Assembly (NCBI GenBank): GCA_040754655.1
Contig: JBFMCE010000036.1
Coordinates: 1 to 36,875, forward strand
DNA from: Bdellovibrionota bacterium
Lineage (GTDB): Bacteria; Bdellovibrionota; UBA1018; UBA923
Reading direction: 5' to 3'
Length of the DNA: 36,875 bases
Part shown: piece after piece, positions 29,860 through 36,875 of the stretch
Position numbering within the stretch: position 1 is the stretch's first letter
Layout of the letters: every line of letters starts with the position of its first letter
Translations under genes and position numbers: made by a program
The notes under the pieces: model-generated
Databases searched by the model: none
Told to the model about the DNA's origin: nothing
What the model saw: the letters and a program-made list of their open reading frames with translations, nothing else

Positions 29860-31196
29860 GGCTGCGCCGCAGTACTTTCTGACACTGTTTGGCGTCGCTT
29901 GAAAAATATGGGAAGCAGTGACTTTGCATGAGCCGTAATGAGAGCCTCGATCTCCGGCGGAGACGAGTGAGCCGGTCGCATCTCGTAACGTTCACAAAGC
30001 TTCCGGAGAACCAATGTCGCTTCTAGTTTCGCCAGAGCAGCTCCGATACAAACCCTTGGTCCGCCACCAAATGGAATGAATGAGAAAGGATGTTTAACTT
30101 CATTTAGAAAACGATCCGCGATAAATTCATCTGGATTGTCGAAGTATTCGGGATGGCGCTGGATATGCCGAACGCTCAAAAACACCTGCGAACTTTTCGG
30201 AATTTTCAAACCACCTAAAATGTCATCTTGATTGCTTTCTCTGGGTAAAAAATAGGCTGATGGATAAAGCCTCAATGCCTCTTTGTAAGTCGATTGAACA
30301 AAGACCGATTTTTTCAGGCTCTCGTAGCAGAGTTTAGGCATGCGCTCTGCCTCTAGGGCTATTTGTCTTTGAGCTGACTCATGAGCTGCTACAAGAAACG
30401 TCGCAAAGATGAGTGAGGAGGCCGTGGTGTCATAGCCAGCAAACATAAATGCTTTTAACTGGTCACGAATAAAGGCTTTCTCTTCACCCTTGGCCGTCAT
30501 TGCCTTCAAAAGAGAAGGCTCCTCATCGTATAAAACTTCTTCGGCGATTTGATCTAATTCCGAATGAATCGTATTGAGAGAACGTCTCTTTGCGAGAGAA
30601 AAAGGGCACTCTGCAATGCTTCTGAGACTCTCTCCCGCTTTTCGATTCAAATCCACGAAGGCTGTATTGAGTTTATCGGACTCAGAAATGAGATCGTGAT
30701 TCAGTATAAATACGCCAGCTGTTCTCAATACAATTCGAGTTAAGTGGGGTACTAGATCAAAGGCTTCTTGTTTCTCGGTAGATTGATCGATTGCAGGGAA
30801 TATCTCTTTGACAAACGAATCGACCCTCTCGACAAGACGATCCATTCCAGCCGTATTCATGAGCTTTGCGCTCGTTTTACGGACTCTCAAGGCTTCCTCG
30901 CCTTTGAGTTGAATAAGGCCTTGCGGACCAGACAATGCCTTTATCTTTTTAAGAACAAGAGAGCTTTTATCGTACTTGTGCCTTTGGTCTTGCAAAATAT
31001 GCTGGGCATGCCTGGGATCGTAGCAAAAGAAGAAACGCCGAAATCCCAGGTTCAAAGCCACCGGCGTCGAGGTGTTCTCTGGCTTGCATTCATCGAAAAA
31101 TCCGTAGGGATCTTTTTGAAACGCTAATAGTTGGCCTACGGGATTCGTTCTCAGCAATCGTGTAAAAGGACATCGGGTTTTCTTGGTCGTTTTCAT
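29856..31196 (-). CDS. Cytochrome P450
   Basis: I-helix FAGYDTT, K-helix EALR, meander PDEFIADRF, heme motif FIPFGGGPRVCIG. Confidence 0.96.
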   Translation of the reverse strand: MKTTKKTRCPFTRLLRTNPVGQLLAFQKDPYGFFDECKPENTSTPVALNLGFRRFFFCYDPRHAQHILQDQRHKYDKSSLVLKKIKALSGPQGLIQLKGEEALRVRKTSAKLMNTAGMDRLVERVDSFVKEIFPAIDQSTEKQEAFDLVPHLTRIVLRTAGVFILNHDLISESDKLNTAFVDLNRKAGESLRSIAECPFSLAKRRSLNTIHSELDQIAEEVLYDEEPSLLKAMTAKGEEKAFIRDQLKAFMFAGYDTTASSLIFATFLVAAHESAQRQIALEAERMPKLCYESLKKSVFVQSTYKEALRLYPSAYFLPRESNQDDILGGLKIPKSSQVFLSVRHIQRHPEYFDNPDEFIADRFLNEVKHPFSFIPFGGGPRVCIGAALAKLEATLVLRKLCERYEMRPAHSSPPEIEALITAHAKSLLPIFFKRRQTVSESTAAQP

Positions 31197-31253
31197 GAGA
31201 TATTATTTAGAGCGGAAAACGATTGAAAATAAGTTCATTAAAGTTATATATTC

Positions 31254-31268
31254 ATAACCAATGGATAT
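31254..31268. promoter_or_regulatory. Candidate LysR box (T-N11-A dyad ATAACCAATGGATAT)
   Basis: Dyad with one mismatch overlapping the lysR start codon at the edge of the 64-bp divergent gap; a second dyad GTTAT-N6-ATAAC lies at 31243-31258. Confidence 0.5.
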
Positions 31269-32124
31269 AGATCGAGTTCGTTATTTCTGCGTTTTGGCCA
31301 AGACCGGATCAATAACCAAAGCCAGTGAGGTCCTGAAAATCTCCCAGCCTGCATTGTCAAAAGCCATAAAGCTCTTGGAAATTGAAACAGGACTTCATCT
31401 TACGGAAAGAGAAGGAAGAGGGTTGGTTCTCACCGAGGCTGGGATGCGATTCCTGCAAACAGCCGAGCCGTTACTGCATTCTTGGCTAACCTTAAGCAAA
31501 GACATTCAAAAACCAATGGTGAGAGAGCATTTTCGAGTGGGTTCATTTGAGGTGTTTACGACATATTTCTTGAGCGTGTTTTTGAAAAGCTACCCTTTCC
31601 GTTCCCTTGTCTTGCAAGAGTTTGTGCCAGGGCAACTGGAACAAGCCATTGCTCAAAGACGCACTGATGTGGGGATTAGTTACGTTCCCATCCCGACGCC
31701 CAAGGTTGTTTTCAAGGAAGCGACGAAGATCAGCATGGGAGTTTTTGGATTAAAGGGATCATTTGACGTTAAAGAGACCGACCCACCATTTGTGGTTCCG
31801 CTCGCTCCGCTTGAGGGAACGCCCTCAAAGGTTGTTGGACTCGATGGATGGCCAGATCATGAATTCCCCCGCAAGTTTGCTTATCGAGTGACCCTCATGC
31901 AATCTGCCATCGAAATTTGCAGCCAAGGCCTTGCACTGGCGTATTTACCGACGTTCGTAGTGGATTTGTACAATCAGAAAGCGACCCCAAAATACCAGCT
32001 CGTTCAATACCAATGCGCGATTCCTGAAAAACGACGCAGACAAAGCGTTTATATCATTCACCGCCAAGGTGAGAAGGAGGGCCCAGAAGTTCGGGCCATT
32101 GCTAAGGCACTTCGGTCGCTATAG
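31261..32124 (+). CDS. LysR-family transcriptional regulator
   Basis: HTH GSITKASEVLKISQPALSKAIKLLE...R.GRGLVLTEAG; divergent from the P450. Confidence 0.95.
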   Translation: MDIDRVRYFCVLAKTGSITKASEVLKISQPALSKAIKLLEIETGLHLTEREGRGLVLTEAGMRFLQTAEPLLHSWLTLSKDIQKPMVREHFRVGSFEVFTTYFLSVFLKSYPFRSLVLQEFVPGQLEQAIAQRRTDVGISYVPIPTPKVVFKEATKISMGVFGLKGSFDVKETDPPFVVPLAPLEGTPSKVVGLDGWPDHEFPRKFAYRVTLMQSAIEICSQGLALAYLPTFVVDLYNQKATPKYQLVQYQCAIPEKRRRQSVYIIHRQGEKEGPEVRAIAKALRSL

Positions 32125-32209
32125 AAATCATGATACGAATGTCGCAAGTTCCACGAGTTGCGCGGGTCTGATTTTAGCGATCTCTTGCCCAGTTTGACCG
32201 AGCTAATTT

Positions 32210-33295
32210 TTAACGGGCTGGCAAGATCTCGGTTAAGACTCGTCGAACGTTTCCGCCTAAGATCTTGTGGATGCGGGTTTCAGAGTATCCATGCTTTTTC
32301 ATCGCGACTCTGAGGTTGTCGAACTTTCCGGCGTCTTCCAGCCCGACAGGACCATAGGGCATGCCATCAAAATCCGTTCCGATACCCACGTGATCTTCTC
32401 CAATCAACGAGATCACATGGTCTATATGAGGAAAGAGCCCGTCGAGGGCGGCCACTTCACCTGGCGGCGGTGTGTCCATGAAAACCGCCGCATTATTGTG
32501 AGCCTTTTCTTCTGGTGTGCTCCCTTGCCCGCTTTCATTGAGTTTCTTGATGATGTTTTCCATCCAAAGCCGCGTTGCCTCGCGGTTTTGATTAGGAAAA
32601 AAGGCCGGAAAGAAGGCCAATCCAAAAATCCCGCCTGATTCGCCAATGGCGCAAATCATGTCATCAGTGGCCAATCTTTCCGAATCAAAAACAGATCGGG
32701 CAAGAGAATGGGTGCAAAAGACGGGTTTTTTTGAAACCTTGGTGACATCTAAAAAGGTCTTTTCGGATGCGTGTGCGACGTCTACGATCATCCCGAGATC
32801 ATTCATTAGATGAACGACGTCGTGGCCGAACGAACTTAGACCCCGTGTTTTTCCTTCATCGGTAGCTGAGCCTGCCCAATCTGTGCTTGCCGTATGCACC
32901 AGGGTCATGCGCCTCACGCCTTGGCGACGAAAATCCTCTAAAACCTTAAGGTCATTATTGATAGATTGCCCGCCTTCTATTCCTAGAATCGCTGTTATCT
33001 TTCCTTGTTTTACTGAATCAGTAAGATCGCCCGCATTTTCTGAAAGGTGTATCAGATCTCGGCATTCCTCTATTTCAGTACGGCATCGATCCAACATATA
33101 TTGGGTTCGTTTTACGGCATCGCTCTCTTTGAAAATCGGATCCGACCACAGCGAATAGATGATGCCATTCACGTTTCCACGTTTCATTTTCGGAATATCC
33201 ACGTGGGATACGGGATTATCGTTTCGAAAGCGAGCGTTCCTGTGTACTAATTTTAAAACGGCGTCGCAATGCAGGTCAAAAACGGGCGTATCCAT
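32210..33295 (-). CDS. Membrane dipeptidase family (peptidase M19)
   Basis: DLHCD, GIEGG, VDVAHAS, THS, HIDH..HVGIGTDFDG, KILGGN; ATG 33295 with GAGGA RBS. Confidence 0.93.
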   Translation of the reverse strand: MDTPVFDLHCDAVLKLVHRNARFRNDNPVSHVDIPKMKRGNVNGIIYSLWSDPIFKESDAVKRTQYMLDRCRTEIEECRDLIHLSENAGDLTDSVKQGKITAILGIEGGQSINNDLKVLEDFRRQGVRRMTLVHTASTDWAGSATDEGKTRGLSSFGHDVVHLMNDLGMIVDVAHASEKTFLDVTKVSKKPVFCTHSLARSVFDSERLATDDMICAIGESGGIFGLAFFPAFFPNQNREATRLWMENIIKKLNESGQGSTPEEKAHNNAAVFMDTPPPGEVAALDGLFPHIDHVISLIGEDHVGIGTDFDGMPYGPVGLEDAGKFDNLRVAMKKHGYSETRIHKILGGNVRRVLTEILPAR

Positions 33296-33330
33296 CAAAT
33301 AATTCCTCTGAAATCTCCCTCAAAAATCGA

Positions 33331-33720
33331 TCAAGCGAGCGAGAAATTAAACTTTTCTGCGATCATCGAAAAATCTTTATCTTCGGTCAACAGCTGAAGC
33401 TCATGCCTGATACAAATGGCTGCAATCTGCAAATCGATGGTTGTGGAAGCAATTCCCTGTTTTCGCAGGGAGCGATAGAGTTTGGCGGCTTCAATGGCAT
33501 CCTGAAATTCAAACGGCAAAAAATTCAACGCCTCCAATTTATCTACGTGGGCGGAAATATCCCTGTCATGCTTGAACCCTTGCAATACTTCTTGAATGAT
33601 AACGGCTAAGGAATAAATGGGTTGGCCAGATTCAACAAGCTCAGAGAGGCGTTTCGTCTTATTTGTATTACGGCCTCCGAGATAATTGATCCAAACATTC
33701 GTATCAACAAAGACTTTCAC
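33331..33720 (-). CDS. vapC: VapC PIN-domain toxin
   Basis: VDTNVWI, QEVLQG, TIDLQIAA, LLTEDKDF (conserved acidic PIN residues). Confidence 0.92.
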   Translation of the reverse strand: MKVFVDTNVWINYLGGRNTNKTKRLSELVESGQPIYSLAVIIQEVLQGFKHDRDISAHVDKLEALNFLPFEFQDAIEAAKLYRSLRKQGIASTTIDLQIAAICIRHELQLLTEDKDFSMIAEKFNFSLA

Positions 33721-33914
33721 CTAGAACGACCTTTTTTGTAATTATAGGACTCATCGAATTCCACTTTACCCGCAAGTTTAGAAATGCTTTGCCGTTTTTT
33801 CATGCGGATAAATTCTTCTAAAGCCAAATTGACCGCGTCTTTCTTTGAGGCAGCTCCAGAAAGTTTCATGGCTTCGTTAATCAATTCATCTTTGAGCGCA
33901 AGGTTAGTGGCCAT
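33717..33914 (-). CDS. vapB: VapB antitoxin (DUF2191-type)
   Basis: MATNLALKDELINEAMKLSG..SKKDAVNLALEEFI; ATG 33914 with GGAG RBS; GTGA overlap with vapC. Confidence 0.88.
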   Translation of the reverse strand: MATNLALKDELINEAMKLSGAASKKDAVNLALEEFIRMKKRQSISKLAGKVEFDESYNYKKGRSR

Positions 33915-33928
33915 ATTAACTCCATTTC

Positions 33929-33964
33929 TACACAAATTATCACACAATGATATGTGTAAATCAA
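33929..33964 (-). promoter_or_regulatory. vapBC promoter TTGATT-N17-GATAAT with ACACA/TGTGT operator dyad
   Basis: Minus strand reads TTGATT TACACATATCATTGTGT GATAAT TTGTGTA; the spacer dyad fits toxin-antitoxin autorepression. Confidence 0.6.
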
Positions 33965-34063
33965 TCCAAAACAAACCGCATTCTAAAGTGTTGAAATCAG
34001 TCAAAGGTTACACTTTTTTTAACTACGTCCGTGCTGACGTGGGATCAGGCGCAAAATGTCGAA

Positions 34064-34103
34064 CTACTAAAATATTAGTAGACATCTACTAAATGGTTAG
34101 TAG
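34064..34103. promoter_or_regulatory. Twin BlaI-type operators CTACTAA-N4-TTAGTAG
   Basis: Two perfect 7-4-7 palindromes at 34064-34081 and 34086-34103, overlapping a TAGACA-N16-TAGTCT promoter candidate. Confidence 0.85.
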
Positions 34104-34125
34104 TCTTGGTGTTCAAGAGGTCATC

Positions 34126-34521
34126 ATGACGCCAAGAAAGAAAACAGACATTGAAAAACCCTTGACTGAGGTAGAGCTTGAGTTGATGCACGTCATCTGG
34201 GAGCTCGGTGATTGCACTGTGAAAGACGTCCAAACTCGTCTTGCAGAGGGCCGCGACTTAGCCTACACCTCGGTAGCCACGATCATGAAGATCTTAGAGC
34301 AGAAAGGTGTCCTGAAAAGCCGCAAAGAGGATCGCGCTCACACCTATCATGCCCTGATTTCACGAACCGAATATGAAACTACGAGCTTGCGTCATCTGGC
34401 CGATAACCTCTTTCATGGGGATCCCTCTTCAATGGTTATGAGGCTGCTCAGCGATACTAAACTTTCAAAAAACGAGCTCGCGGCCATTCGCAAGCTCATC
34501 AATGAAAGGATGAGTAAATGA
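34126..34521 (+). CDS. BlaI/MecI/CopY-family repressor
   Basis: LTEVELELMHVIWE, LAYTSVATIMKILEQKG, RAHTY; ATG 34126 with GAGG RBS. Confidence 0.93.
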   Translation: MTPRKKTDIEKPLTEVELELMHVIWELGDCTVKDVQTRLAEGRDLAYTSVATIMKILEQKGVLKSRKEDRAHTYHALISRTEYETTSLRHLADNLFHGDPSSMVMRLLSDTKLSKNELAAIRKLINERMSK

Positions 34522-36623
34522 GCGCCATAGAAATTGTCAAAACATACCTATTCATCAACGCTCTTTTGGCGACTTCTTGTATTTTATTCATGACCTTGCG
34601 CAGAGTCGCAACCGTGATGCGGCTGCGACCAACTCATCGACATTTGATTCGTGTAGGCCAATGGCTCATCGTTCTGTCTATAACCACGCCTTTTGTGCTT
34701 TCATTCACTCCGAAAGAAACTATTCGCCAAATCGAGCGCAATATTTTCCGGCCGCCCCTTGAGAGTAACGGATCCATTCCTAATCAGATACAGACGACGA
34801 GGCAGGGGCCTGTGCAGCTGGCTCCAACTAAAAACAAGGACGCCTTTCAACCGAGTCTGTTTGACAGGTTCATGTTTTGGTTAGAGTCAGGTGAGTCGAC
34901 TAATTTTGCTAAGGGACTTCTTATGGTTCTGAGCATGGGTATCGTATTTTTCATTCTTCGATTTAGAAAGAATGTTGTTCGATTGCGCTCCATTTTAAAA
35001 GCTGCGACTCGCATTCGAGAGTTAGGAAAAGTGAAGGTCGTCGTATCAGATGCGATCACCGTTCCTTTCTCTGTGCGCTTTGGGCGGTCAAGCTGGGTGG
35101 TTCTGCCCACCGCACTTCTCGAAAGCGGAAATGACTTTCGGATGGCCTTGCGGCATGAACTCGAGCACCATCGTCAAAACGACACTTCGTGGGCGATCAC
35201 TATTGAAGTTTTAATTTGTTTTTTCTTCCTGAATCCAGCCATGTTTTTTTGGAAGAGGGAAATCATAGAATTGCAGGAATTCGCATGTGACGAAGCTCTT
35301 GTTGGCCGTAAGAGCGTTTCGTCGCATGAATATGGAAGTTGCCTTGTGAGGGTAGCAGAGGCAGCGTTTGGATCTCGCAAAGAAAACCTTGGTACGACGT
35401 GCATGGCAGCAGTTTCTAGAAACCCTTTTTACTTCAAATCATTCTTAAGGAGGAGGATTGAAATGTTTACAAGCAATAGTAGTCTTCGTGCCCATCGGTT
35501 CATGGGAATCATCATTGGTATTGTCGCATCTGTCTCGTTGATGACATTGGCATTTGGTGCCGATAGGTCTCTGAGAAGTGACGAACGGAGTGAGGTTAAC
35601 GCAGGGGAGGTTGTTGTCGATCTAGAGATACAGGAAATAGCTGACCGCGTCTTAGCGAAGGCGATTCGCAAAGAAAGAGCAAAATCGGGCTTTGCGATCG
35701 TTGCAGATCCCAATACCGGAAAGATCTTAGCCGTGGCCAACATCGATACGACAAAGAAACGGTCTGGGTATTGGTCGTTGAGCGAAGCGTATGAACCGGC
35801 ATCCGTGATGAAGACGCTCGTGGCTGCTGCTGCGATTGAAAAAGGTCTGACCTCGTCCCACGAAAAGCACGGCTGCGAAAACAGCAATTATCGTTATGGT
35901 GATCGTGTTTATCACGACTGGAAGAAGACCGGATGGGACTTTTTGACCACTGAAGAGGCGATCGCATTTTCAAGTGATATCTGCACGATCAAAATTGGTG
36001 AAAAGATAGGGGCTGACAGAATCGCAGAAGCGCTTGAAGATTTTGGATTCGGTCCAAATGGAACGGCTAAAGATTTTCCTGCTGCACGGTCAGGACAATT
36101 GCCTCCTCCTGACGATGTCGGGCGCCCGAGGATTGTGCCTTATGCTTCGATGGGAGTCGGGTTCAATGTCACCCCAATCGAGATGATTCAAGCTTATGGC
36201 GCGATCGCAAATGGCGGCAATTTGATGGTTCCAAGAACAGCGAATACGCCTGACTCTGAGGTGCGAGTCATTCGTAGGGTTCTTTCACGAGAAAACGCTG
36301 AAAAGATGAAAGAGATTCTACGTCAGGTCACTCTTAAGGGAACCGCCAAGAAGTTCGCACAAAGCAAACTTTATACGACCGCGGGAAAAACAGCGACTTC
36401 ACATTACCCTCGGCTCATGCCGTCTGACAGCCAGGCTGATTTTGGCGCCTTCATTGGTTTTGCCCCGGTTAAAGCCCCGCGGGTAGAGGTTTACGTCGGA
36501 ATTCGCGATCCAGAAAGCGATACGGGGGCACACGGTGCCAACCATGCTGCGCCGGTATTTAAAGAGCTTGCTGAAGAAGTGTTGAAGCATTTGAAGGTCG
36601 AGCCGGATAAACCACAGTCATAG
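34518..36623 (+). CDS. BlaR1-like M56 metallopeptidase fused to a PBP transpeptidase-like domain
   Basis: TM helices, HELEH + EFACDE (M56), then DPNTGKILA, YEPASVMK, FSSD, TPIEMIQAYGAIANGG, AGKTAT, AAPVF. Confidence 0.88.
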   Translation: MSAIEIVKTYLFINALLATSCILFMTLRRVATVMRLRPTHRHLIRVGQWLIVLSITTPFVLSFTPKETIRQIERNIFRPPLESNGSIPNQIQTTRQGPVQLAPTKNKDAFQPSLFDRFMFWLESGESTNFAKGLLMVLSMGIVFFILRFRKNVVRLRSILKAATRIRELGKVKVVVSDAITVPFSVRFGRSSWVVLPTALLESGNDFRMALRHELEHHRQNDTSWAITIEVLICFFFLNPAMFFWKREIIELQEFACDEALVGRKSVSSHEYGSCLVRVAEAAFGSRKENLGTTCMAAVSRNPFYFKSFLRRRIEMFTSNSSLRAHRFMGIIIGIVASVSLMTLAFGADRSLRSDERSEVNAGEVVVDLEIQEIADRVLAKAIRKERAKSGFAIVADPNTGKILAVANIDTTKKRSGYWSLSEAYEPASVMKTLVAAAAIEKGLTSSHEKHGCENSNYRYGDRVYHDWKKTGWDFLTTEEAIAFSSDICTIKIGEKIGADRIAEALEDFGFGPNGTAKDFPAARSGQLPPPDDVGRPRIVPYASMGVGFNVTPIEMIQAYGAIANGGNLMVPRTANTPDSEVRVIRRVLSRENAEKMKEILRQVTLKGTAKKFAQSKLYTTAGKTATSHYPRLMPSDSQADFGAFIGFAPVKAPRVEVYVGIRDPESDTGAHGANHAAPVFKELAEEVLKHLKVEPDKPQS

Positions 36624-36723
36624 TTTGGTAAGATTTTAGGGACACTTTCCGGCGGATGTTGGAGAGCAAAAATTATTCATCATTATCTTGGCGAAATATC
36701 CATGAGCATGGCATTTTGAACAG

Positions 36724-36875
36724 ATGCGACAAACGGGTTTCTTGGTTTTAATAGTATTTCTCTCGCCTTTTGCTGCTCGGGCTTCAGATTTTCCAAGAAT
36801 TGACACAGATCTTAAGGAGTTTGACGCTAAGATCATACAGATGAAGGATGAATTTCAAAAGATCCCTTCAAAACC
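36724..36875 (+). CDS. Probable secreted protein, 3'-truncated by window edge
   Basis: ATG 36724 opens MRQTGFLVLIVFLSPFAARASDFPRIDTDLKEFDAKIIQMKDEFQKIPSK with no stop; signal peptide with an ARA cleavage site. Confidence 0.6.
   Translation, partial: MRQTGFLVLIVFLSPFAARASDFPRIDTDLKEFDAKIIQMKDEFQKIPSK

Noticed and set aside
36636..36836. 66-aa minus-strand ORF
   Set aside because: The plus-strand frame from 36724 with a clear signal peptide is the better explanation.
25722..36875. Prophage, IS element, integron or CRISPR array
   Set aside because: No integrase, transposase or phage gene, no attR copy of the tRNA end, and no regularly spaced repeats seen by eye.

Overview
Bacterial chromosomal window; gene content suggests a Bdellovibrionota/Myxococcota-like organism (inference). 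1-15.8 kb: two divergent extra complex I antiporter-like genes (partial nuoM-like, nuoN-like) directly followed by a complete nuoA-N NADH:quinone oxidoreductase operon with separate nuoC and nuoD and a short nuoG. 15.9-25.7 kb: DUF2252 kinase-fold gene, TauE/SafE exporter, ppk1, a secreted hypothetical protein, a large GYF-TM-TPR membrane protein, serS and tRNA-Ser(UGA), the last followed by a long inverted copy of its own 3' end. 25.8-36.9 kb: a patchwork accessory region with an MTA/SAH nucleosidase, a MarR-DUF1398-SRPBCC operon, a LysR-linked P450 / terpene-synthase-fold / GFA operon, an M19 dipeptidase, vapBC, and a BlaI + BlaR1-like pair whose sensor resembles a class B PBP transpeptidase. 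Best leads: (1) the coupled P450 + atypical class I terpene-synthase-like + GFA cluster, (2) extra NuoM/NuoN paralogs with substituted proton-pathway lysines, (3) the M56-PBP fusion sensor with twin operators, (4) the anti-tRNA hairpin. All family calls come from motif recognition by eye; no searches were run.
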